Shown here piece after piece: positions 16,490 through 24,151 of a stretch of 25,546 nt of DNA. The stretch comes from a virus (taxonomy: Duplodnaviria > Caudoviricetes). The notes beneath the pieces are model-generated. The model worked only from the letters and a program-made list of their open reading frames with translations, was not told the DNA's origin and ran no database searches. Within the stretch, counting starts at the first letter, position 1; every line of letters starts with the position of its first letter. The stretch spans positions 1 to 25,546 of the IMG/VR virus record IMGVR_UViG_3300044724_000487; one strand, 5' to 3'. Position numbers and translations under genes: made by a program.

Positions 16490-16770
16490 TGGCATATCAA
16501 GGTGGACTTAGAAAGTGGTTTAGAGAAGACTGGGTTGATATTGGTTCTAAGAAAAAGAAAGGCAAATATCAAAAATGTGGTCGTAAGTCTGCCAAGGGTA
16601 GTAAAAGAAAATACCCTAAATGTGTTCCAGCGGCTAAAGCTAGAACGATGAGTGAATCACAGAAAAGAAGTGCGGTAAAAAGAAAAAGAGCAAGAGCGCA
16701 AGGAGTTGGTGGAAAACCAACAAATGTTGCTACTTTTGCTAAAAGAAGTAGAAAAGCGAGAAGAGGATAA
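16489..16770 (+). CDS. Small basic protein (DUF5872-like)
   Basis: Start revised from 16447 to the TAATG-overlap ATG at 16489; GGLRKWFREDWVDI...KCGR...YPKCVP. Confidence 0.75.
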   Translation: MAYQGGLRKWFREDWVDIGSKKKKGKYQKCGRKSAKGSKRKYPKCVPAAKARTMSESQKRSAVKRKRARAQGVGGKPTNVATFAKRSRKARRG

Positions 16771-16913
16771 TGCAAAGAAGAGGTTTTGGAACTCAACAAG
16801 TTAGACATACTAATGGTAAAAAAAAGACAAGACAAGGTCAAAGCAATAATACTAAGTATGGTAATAAATTAAGTAGTAAGCATTATATAAAAAGAAGTAG
16901 AGGACAAGGATAA
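16770..16913 (+). CDS. 47-aa basic peptide; not in ORF track
   Basis: MQRRGFG...KKKTRQGQSNNTKY...KRSRGQG; TAATG overlaps at both ends fill the gap exactly. Confidence 0.75.
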   Translation: MQRRGFGTQQVRHTNGKKKTRQGQSNNTKYGNKLSSKHYIKRSRGQG

Positions 16914-19129
16914 TGGCTGATTTTAAAACAAGAATAGACAATCTAACAGGCTTTGGTAGCACTGATGATGTTGCTATAGCAGACTGGTTACTTGCTGGTG
17001 CTAGAGAAATCATTGATGTTTTACCTATGTCTAAACTAGATAGAATGTCTGAAATACAAGAATTTACAAATTTTCAAGGTGTAGAAGATAGTAAGATATT
17101 ACACGTTTTAAGAAAAGATGAAAATAATAGTGATAGATTAATGCCTTGTAGACACATACACGCAAGTAAGTCTGGAATGGCACAAGATTCAAATTATATG
17201 GAATTTGCTACTAGTTCCGACCCAGTATATTATTTAGAAAATAAAAGAGTTTATACATTACCAGCAAGTGCTTCTTCAAACGATAGTAAACTTATAAAGA
17301 TTAACGAAGATTTTACGATTACTATTACTGATGATACTATAGATAATTTTCCAAAAGAAGCAACAAATGCAGTAGTGTTATATGCATCAAGAAATGCCTT
17401 AATGAGACTAATGAATGCAAAACATGGTAACGCAGACATAACCACTGGTTTAACAGCTATAAATACTGAAATGGGTGAAACTCAAGCAGTAGCTGACTTG
17501 ATTAACACTCAAGTAAATGCAGCTATTACAGAGATAGCAGAAATGGCTATTAATGTAGATGCAAACGTAGATACAGCTTTAGCTGCTATGAAAACAGCAG
17601 CAGATAAAATTAATACTGCAATAGGGTTGGCTAATGATGAGTATGATGAGGTAGCAGTTGAGGTAACAGGAACTGCAACTTCTCCAATATCAGAAGCTAG
17701 AAGTGCGGCAGTTAGTTCTCTATCTATATCTGATTTAGATTTATCAGGAGTAAGTGCTCCTAGTGTAAGTATTAATACTATATCTTACACAGATGCTTTA
17801 AATGAAGATGCTAGTTCTACTGGCGTAGATACTGTAGCTTCATCAGAAATAGACAAATCTGATATAAGCGGGAATCAGCCTACATATACAAAGCCTACTA
17901 TATCATTATCATTGTCTTCTATATCTGATTTAAGTATAAGTGCAAGCGCACCTTCAGATATTAGCGTGAGTACACCAACAGTAAGCTTTAGTCACAATGT
18001 TCCTATTTTTACACCGCCTACTCTTTCTGTTGATATGACACAATTTGAGACTTTTCTAGAAACAGATGAAGATACTGAGTTAGCACAATTACAACTAGGT
18101 AGACTTAACAACGAAGTACAGCAGTATCAATCTAACATACAAAAAGAAATAGCTTCTTTTAACAGAGACGTAGAAGAGTATAGGGCAGAACTTCAGGAGT
18201 CAATTAAGGATGCTGATTTAAGCTCAGCTTCTGAAGCTCAAAAAATACAAGAGTACTCAAATGATATACAAAAATATGCTGCTAATGTAAATAAAGAAGT
18301 ACAGCAGTACAGAGAAAATACACAAAAAGAATTGAACTTGTTCCAAACTAGAACAAGAAATGAGTTGCAACAATATGGAACTGATATTCAAAACGAGTTA
18401 AATGAGTTTAATAAAGAAAATCAGATTTACCAAGCTAATATACAAGCAGAAATACAAAAAGCAAATTCAGACTTACAAACAGCTTTAAGTAATGCACAGA
18501 TAGCTTCTCAAGAAAAAAGACAGGAAGCTCAACAAGCAACTCAAGTTAGCTTAGCTAACAAAGCACAAGACCAGGCTTTATCTTTACAAAACCAAGCACA
18601 AACTTTACAAGCTGCTATAGCTGATAATGATGATATTTTATCTAAATTCAACCAAGATATTTCACTGTATCAACAAAATATGAATAAAGAGATACAAGAA
18701 TATTCATTAAACCTACAACAGCAAATAGCTGAGTATCAATCTGCTATTGCAATACAGCAAAGTTATTACCAAGAAGCACAAGCAAGAATTAACGCTGGTA
18801 ATTCATTCTTAGCAGAAGCACAAGCTAGGGCTAATGAAGTAAATACCTACGGAGCAGAAGTTGCTTCAAGACTCGGTCAAGTAAGCGCTCAAGGAACAGT
18901 TGCTGGTTCTTACATAGCAGCTGCTCAAGGATATGCAACAGAACTACAGTCTAAGATAGGTATAGTTCAAGGATATGGAACTGAAATAAACCTAAGATTG
19001 GCTGTTGATAGTAAAGAGTATGAATGGTATGCAAGTCAATATCAAATGGTTAATGCTCAATTTGCAGAAGCATTACAATTGATAGGGATAGATAAATTAA
19101 AAATTGAAAAAATGAATGAGGGTAGATAA
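16913..19129 (+). CDS. Virion structural protein: adaptor-like N-terminus with long S/T linker and Q/N-rich coiled coil
   Basis: 738 aa in the morphogenesis module; DPVYYLEN...FPKEATNAVVLYAS, then repeated helical units. Confidence 0.6.
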   Translation: MADFKTRIDNLTGFGSTDDVAIADWLLAGAREIIDVLPMSKLDRMSEIQEFTNFQGVEDSKILHVLRKDENNSDRLMPCRHIHASKSGMAQDSNYMEFATSSDPVYYLENKRVYTLPASASSNDSKLIKINEDFTITITDDTIDNFPKEATNAVVLYASRNALMRLMNAKHGNADITTGLTAINTEMGETQAVADLINTQVNAAITEIAEMAINVDANVDTALAAMKTAADKINTAIGLANDEYDEVAVEVTGTATSPISEARSAAVSSLSISDLDLSGVSAPSVSINTISYTDALNEDASSTGVDTVASSEIDKSDISGNQPTYTKPTISLSLSSISDLSISASAPSDISVSTPTVSFSHNVPIFTPPTLSVDMTQFETFLETDEDTELAQLQLGRLNNEVQQYQSNIQKEIASFNRDVEEYRAELQESIKDADLSSASEAQKIQEYSNDIQKYAANVNKEVQQYRENTQKELNLFQTRTRNELQQYGTDIQNELNEFNKENQIYQANIQAEIQKANSDLQTALSNAQIASQEKRQEAQQATQVSLANKAQDQALSLQNQAQTLQAAIADNDDILSKFNQDISLYQQNMNKEIQEYSLNLQQQIAEYQSAIAIQQSYYQEAQARINAGNSFLAEAQARANEVNTYGAEVASRLGQVSAQGTVAGSYIAAAQGYATELQSKIGIVQGYGTEINLRLAVDSKEYEWYASQYQMVNAQFAEALQLIGIDKLKIEKMNEGR

Positions 19130-19605
19130 TGGCAAATAAATTAATAATTAGAAATCACTTAGAGCCTCAAATAGAAGCTCAAGAAACTGTAGGTTCTGAT
19201 ATCTACACTTCTTATCAAATAGAAGTTAATACTGGTAGTAATGGAGGAAGTTACGAAACCACATTTTCAAATGAAAAAGCTATTAAGTATGTAGGCGTTG
19301 TAAGCGGAACAACAGGAGGAGGAGTTGCTGTAGGTTCAGCTTTTGAAGGTGGAGTAACTACAACAGGAGCAGCTCCAGGAGCAACAGGAGTTAAAGCTTT
19401 TTATGTTAAATATGATAGCGTTTTAGGGACAGTAGCTGACATAAGAGTTTTTGTAGGCTCTCAACATATGGCTACACTAACAGAGGGAGAATCTGTTTGT
19501 ATTCCATTAGTCGGAGGAGCATTAACAGACTGTAAAATTGAAGCAGATGATTATTTCGACGGGACCACAGAAGCTTCAGCAACAGTTGTATTAATAGGTG
19601 ACTAG
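19129..19605 (+). CDS. Hypothetical structural protein
   Basis: 158 aa, Gly/Thr-rich, translationally coupled. Confidence 0.65.
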   Translation: MANKLIIRNHLEPQIEAQETVGSDIYTSYQIEVNTGSNGGSYETTFSNEKAIKYVGVVSGTTGGGVAVGSAFEGGVTTTGAAPGATGVKAFYVKYDSVLGTVADIRVFVGSQHMATLTEGESVCIPLVGGALTDCKIEADDYFDGTTEASATVVLIGD

Positions 19606-19607
19606 AG

Positions 19608-19949
19608 ATGGCGGCGATAGAATTTACAGCAAAAGAGATTTATAGTAGAGTACTGCAAGCAGTTCCTGATGTATCAGAGAACTATGTACTAAACTTAATT
19701 AACGAAGCATTAATTGATATGGGTAGATACACCAATCAAATAGAGAATGCAAAAACAGATTTAAAGCATAATCAATTATGGTATGCGTTAGATGACGATG
19801 AAGCAATAACAGTAAACAAGTTATTTAGATGTACGATATTAAACTCAGATGGAGAATACATTAAGATTCCTAGATTATCAAATGGAGAAATAAAACAATT
19901 CTACAATGAATCAAATACAGCATCTAACACTAGCTGGACGGAGGTATAA
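19608..19949 (+). CDS. Probable head-tail adaptor, N-terminal-half-like
   Basis: EIYSRV...YVLNLINEALIDM helical start followed by Y.L and beta strands. Confidence 0.55.
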   Translation: MAAIEFTAKEIYSRVLQAVPDVSENYVLNLINEALIDMGRYTNQIENAKTDLKHNQLWYALDDDEAITVNKLFRCTILNSDGEYIKIPRLSNGEIKQFYNESNTASNTSWTEV

Positions 19950-20398
19950 TGGCAGCAGTAAGTAGTACGTATAAAGACCCTAGTGATACTTTTGTATGGT
20001 GGATAGAAGGAGATAGGCTTGCTATTGCTACCACAGAAGGAGACGGAGGAACAAACGAAACTGATAAAGGTCAGCTTAAAGCAGTAAGCTTAGGTTCTGG
20101 AAATACTATTACTGATGGTCTTATTATATCTTATTATGCAGAACCAGATAAACTAACAAGCATTACTGGTACAATAGATATTGACAATGTATTACAACCA
20201 GCATTAATAGATTATGTTAAATCAAAAGCTTTGATGGACGCAGCAGCTAGAGCAAAAGACCCAGGTCTTGCTCAGATTAAAATGGCGTCTGCACAACAAT
20301 GTATGGCTAACTACAAAGAAGCTGTACGCAGATACGGTATGAAAAAGAACGATAAAGTAGGTGGCACTAGAGCGATAGCTCCAGTGGACATGAGATAA
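19949..20398 (+). CDS. Probable head-tail adaptor, C-terminal-half-like
   Basis: WWIEGDRLAI...ISYYAEP...LQPALIDYVKSKA...YKEAV. Confidence 0.55.
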   Translation: MAAVSSTYKDPSDTFVWWIEGDRLAIATTEGDGGTNETDKGQLKAVSLGSGNTITDGLIISYYAEPDKLTSITGTIDIDNVLQPALIDYVKSKALMDAAARAKDPGLAQIKMASAQQCMANYKEAVRRYGMKKNDKVGGTRAIAPVDMR

Positions 20399-20408
20399 AG
20401 GGGCAACA

Positions 20409-20705
20409 ATGGAAGTAAGTAAAGATAGTAAATTTACATTGAGTATTGAAACGCTTATCAGTATAGCAGTTACAATATTTATGGTTGTTGGTTTATGGTT
20501 TAATTTGCAAGCTGAGATTGAAGAAGCTAAACAATTACCAGAGCCTCCAATCAGTAGAACAGAATATGATTTAAAAGACCAAATGATTCGTAACTCTATT
20601 CTAAATACTGAAGAAAAAGTAGAAAAACTTGAAGATAAAGTAGATGATATTAAAGAAGATACACGAAGTATTAATGATACTCTACTGAAAATGAATAATA
20701 ATTAA
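20409..20705 (+). CDS. Single-TM protein with coiled coil, possible lysis component
   Basis: Hydrophobic LISIAVTIFMVVGLWF, PEPP linker, heptad VEKLEDKVDDIKED. Confidence 0.65.
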   Translation: MEVSKDSKFTLSIETLISIAVTIFMVVGLWFNLQAEIEEAKQLPEPPISRTEYDLKDQMIRNSILNTEEKVEKLEDKVDDIKEDTRSINDTLLKMNNN

Positions 20706-20717
20706 TGAGGTTTACAG

Positions 20718-21101
20718 ATGAACAACAAATTTATATCATTCTTGGTATTAATTTTATTCTCGTCGCTATCTTGGCTGCACTCACAATCAGTCAACTTAAA
20801 TAGCTTTGAAGATATTCAATTAACGAAAAACGAGTTTTGTGCAGTTATAGAAGTGAATGCTTCTTGGAACTGGGCTAATAAAATACCATTAGAAAAAATA
20901 GAAAACTGCTATACTGGATATGTAGACATATCTAATAAAAACATAGGTGCAGTTATACAAAAAGATTGGGACATTAAAGTAGTTCCTACTATTATTATTT
21001 TTGAGTATGGAAAAGAAGTAAAAAGATTTGAAGCTGACTTATCTATGAAGTTTAGAGAAGAAGAAATACTAAATTTAATTAGAAAAGAGATAAAGAAATA
21101 A
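20718..21101 (+). CDS. Exported thioredoxin-fold protein lacking CxxC
   Basis: Signal peptide-like N-terminus; EVNASWNWAN where WCxxC would be; DIKVVPTIIIFEYGKEVKRF cis-Pro region. Confidence 0.7.
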   Translation: MNNKFISFLVLILFSSLSWLHSQSVNLNSFEDIQLTKNEFCAVIEVNASWNWANKIPLEKIENCYTGYVDISNKNIGAVIQKDWDIKVVPTIIIFEYGKEVKRFEADLSMKFREEEILNLIRKEIKK

Positions 21102-21400
21102 TGCCAAGAAAGAAAGCAAAGGCTATAAGAAGAACTACAAAAGGCAAGAATGCCAATTACAGACCTACTAAAAAAGGTGCTGGAATGACAAAGAAGGGTG
21201 TAAAAGCTTATAGAAGAGCTAACCCTGGTAGTAAGTTAAAAACTGCTGTTACTGGCAAAGTAAAGAAAGGTAGCAAGGCAGCTAAAAGAAGAAAGTCTTA
21301 TTGTGCAAGGTCTTTAGGACAACTGAAAAGAAGTTCTGCTAAAACTAGGAATAATCCTAATTCTAGAATAAGACAAGCACGTAGAAGATGGAAATGCTAA
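21101..21400 (+). CDS. Small basic protein (DUF6321-like)
   Basis: GMTKKGVKAYRRANPGSKLK...RRKSYCAR...PNSRIRQARRRWKC. Confidence 0.75.
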   Translation: MPRKKAKAIRRTTKGKNANYRPTKKGAGMTKKGVKAYRRANPGSKLKTAVTGKVKKGSKAAKRRKSYCARSLGQLKRSSAKTRNNPNSRIRQARRRWKC

Positions 21401-21415
21401 TTAATAGGAGGAATC

Positions 21416-21574
21416 ATGGGACCAATATTAGGTAAAGTTCTTACAAGTTTAGGTACAGAGAAGCTTATCAAAGCTATCATTATGCACCTAGGAGATTGGC
21501 TTGTAACTAAATCATCTAACAAACTAGATGATAAGTTATGGGCAGAAGTTAAAAAAACTCTAAATAAAAAATAG
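21416..21574 (+). CDS. 52-aa amphipathic protein; not in ORF track
   Basis: AGGAGG SD; MGPILGKVLTSLGTEKLIKAIIMHLGDWLVTKSSNKLDDKLWAEVKKTLNKK. Confidence 0.8.
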   Translation: MGPILGKVLTSLGTEKLIKAIIMHLGDWLVTKSSNKLDDKLWAEVKKTLNKK

Positions 21575-21583
21575 GAGAGATAT

Positions 21584-21613
21584 ATGAACTGCGAATGCGG
21601 ATGCGGGTGCTAA
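21584..21613 (+). CDS. 9-aa Cys-rich micro-ORF MNCECGCGC
   Basis: AGGAGAG SD, then ATG AAC TGC GAA TGC GGA TGC GGG TGC TAA, immediately followed by the in-frame GTG start at 21614. Confidence 0.5.
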   Translation: MNCECGCGC

Positions 21614-24151
21614 GTGCCTAAACAGATGTTAACATTAAATGACTTTAGCGGAGGACTTAATACCAAGTCCTCTCCTAGGGATATTGCACTCAATCAGGTT
21701 CAAAGTGTTACAAATGCTGTATTATCTAATCCTGGATTAATAGAATCTAGTAGTACTAGTACTGCAAAACACACAGGAAATGTTTCTGACTTAAGACATA
21801 CTAAGAAAGGAAATGGAGCTTTCATTTTTAATTCTCAATTTAATTTAGATGCAAGTGGAACAGCTACACAGCCAACTCAAGCAATTTGTTTTCCCAATAA
21901 CAAAAGTGATGGAAATACTACAATACAATTTTTTAGAAGAGATTTTGACAGCACTGGAAACTTTTCATACGAAGGCGTAGATTCTGAAATAGATATGGGA
22001 GTTACTGGAGGAGTAGAGCCAGTATATTATTTTGTAGATGGCTTGTTATATGTTTCTGATAAATTAGTAGTAGACGGAATAAACAGTGCTGAACCTAAAA
22101 AACTAGTATATGTAGACCAAACATCAAGATTAGGTACAGGAATTACAGGTGGATGGACTGATATAAATTCTAAAATAGAAATAGACGGTAATCAATTTGA
22201 AGATATTTCAGAGGAAAGCGCTTTTAGTACAAATCCTGGCTCAGGAGAGTTTAGCATTATACTATCTACAGACCCAATCGTAGACGCTACTGCTTTTACT
22301 ACTATTAAACAAAATTTAGTCTCGCCTGATAATAATCTAGTAACTACTACAAACCCTAATGACACAAACCCTGACCCAACAGCAGATATTAGACTTACAG
22401 ATAAAGTTGTTTATTTAAAACTGAGGACATCAGAAGATATGTCTTCAGCTGATTTAAATTTTGCTGGTGTATTTTCTGCAGGACAAATTTTTGATGGATA
22501 CATAATATTTATTAATGGTGAAGGTATGAGGGTAAGAAGTGTAAGTGAAGTAGATTTATCTGTAGAAGGTGATAAAAAAATATTACAGTTAACTGTAGAT
22601 AGAGATGTTTTTGAAACAGGATTACTAGAACACGGAGGTTCATCAGAAGTAAAAGTAAGTACATCTGCAAGTATTTCTGTTACATCTGGTGGATGGGAAG
22701 CAGGTTCTTATGAGTTCTGTCATACGGTAGTAGATTTGCAGGATAATGAAACATTGCCACAAGCACCACAAGAAGATGGAAGTGGAAATATAAAACTGTT
22801 TGGTATTACCTCTGGAGCATATTTTACTGGAGTAAAAGTTAGAATACAGGATACATCATTTACAGGTAGAACAAATGAAAAAGGTTTTCGTGTATACACT
22901 AGAAAAAAAGACGGTAATGGTAGATGGATATTATTTTTAGACGTAGATTATTATAAAGGAGTAAGAAAAAATTTATTTGAAGATTATACAACTCTTGTTC
23001 AGGCAGCAACAGACTATCATGAAAATTCTGCTTCTTTTGATATTGTAAATCCATCCTTAGATACATACGAAAGTATAAATGGATATTCACAAGATGAAGA
23101 AAGTATTGACTTTGGAACAGATGGTGGATTTAAAGCAGCTACTGTTTGTGCTAGAAGAGCATGGGTTGCTAATGTTAGAAAGAACAATAAAGTATTTGAT
23201 GATAGAATATATTATTCTCCAGTAAATAGATTTTCTACATTTCCTGACAGTTATTTTTTAGACATTGGTATTAGTGACGGTGATTCATTTACTGCATTAC
23301 ATAGCTTAGGAAATAGATTGTTAGCGTTTAAACAGAAGAAATTATATGTCATAAATGTATCATCTACTTCTGATGCTGGATGGTATTTAGAAGCAGAATA
23401 TGATGGAATAGGATGTAGACAACAAGAATCAGTTTGTAAAACACCATTTGGTATATGTTGGGTAAACGATGATGGTGTCCATATATTTGACGGAACATCT
23501 ATGCCTAAAGAACTTAGTTTATTCTTAGATGATAGAGCATGGAGAGCAAATCAACTTTCTAATAATCCAGCTATAGGTTATAATAATAAATATAAACAAT
23601 TAAATGTTGTTCAAGACACAACATCAGGTGATAATCATGCATTTGTATATGATTTTCAAACTCAAGGATGGAGTTTTATACAGCCGTTTTCATCTCCAGA
23701 CTATAACGGTATGTCCAATTTTTTACCATCTTATGATGGTTTGTATTATATAGAACACGATAATGGAATATCTCTTGGTCCTAATGCAAAAGTAATAAAT
23801 CTTTTAACAGGAGATACTGGAAGTAAGGCAACAACTATTATTACTAAAGATATAGATTTTGGTAATCCGGGATTAGTAAAAAAAGTTAAAAAAGTTTATG
23901 TTACTGCTAGAGATAACTCACCTGGTTCTACATTAACATTAAGATACGCATTAGACGGAGGCACAGGTTTTACACAAGCATCTGACCCAGCAGGTGGACA
24001 AGCAACCATTAACAATTCACAGTATGAAATTAATGCCTATACTATTAATCAAGACTGTCAATCTATAGCTCTAAAACTTGACAGCAGTGGAAAGATTGAT
24101 ATAAATGATATTACCATAGATTATAGACAAACTAATAAGAGAGCTTCATAA
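21614..24151 (+). CDS. Tail nozzle / DNA-stabilisation protein (P22 gp10 or T7 gp12 analogue, beta-propeller)
   Basis: N-terminal LNDFSGGLN; C-terminal RIYYS, GDSFTAL, LLAFK, IGC, TKDIDFG.P...KKVKKVYV. Confidence 0.7.
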   Translation: MPKQMLTLNDFSGGLNTKSSPRDIALNQVQSVTNAVLSNPGLIESSSTSTAKHTGNVSDLRHTKKGNGAFIFNSQFNLDASGTATQPTQAICFPNNKSDGNTTIQFFRRDFDSTGNFSYEGVDSEIDMGVTGGVEPVYYFVDGLLYVSDKLVVDGINSAEPKKLVYVDQTSRLGTGITGGWTDINSKIEIDGNQFEDISEESAFSTNPGSGEFSIILSTDPIVDATAFTTIKQNLVSPDNNLVTTTNPNDTNPDPTADIRLTDKVVYLKLRTSEDMSSADLNFAGVFSAGQIFDGYIIFINGEGMRVRSVSEVDLSVEGDKKILQLTVDRDVFETGLLEHGGSSEVKVSTSASISVTSGGWEAGSYEFCHTVVDLQDNETLPQAPQEDGSGNIKLFGITSGAYFTGVKVRIQDTSFTGRTNEKGFRVYTRKKDGNGRWILFLDVDYYKGVRKNLFEDYTTLVQAATDYHENSASFDIVNPSLDTYESINGYSQDEESIDFGTDGGFKAATVCARRAWVANVRKNNKVFDDRIYYSPVNRFSTFPDSYFLDIGISDGDSFTALHSLGNRLLAFKQKKLYVINVSSTSDAGWYLEAEYDGIGCRQQESVCKTPFGICWVNDDGVHIFDGTSMPKELSLFLDDRAWRANQLSNNPAIGYNNKYKQLNVVQDTTSGDNHAFVYDFQTQGWSFIQPFSSPDYNGMSNFLPSYDGLYYIEHDNGISLGPNAKVINLLTGDTGSKATTIITKDIDFGNPGLVKKVKKVYVTARDNSPGSTLTLRYALDGGTGFTQASDPAGGQATINNSQYEINAYTINQDCQSIALKLDSSGKIDINDITIDYRQTNKRAS

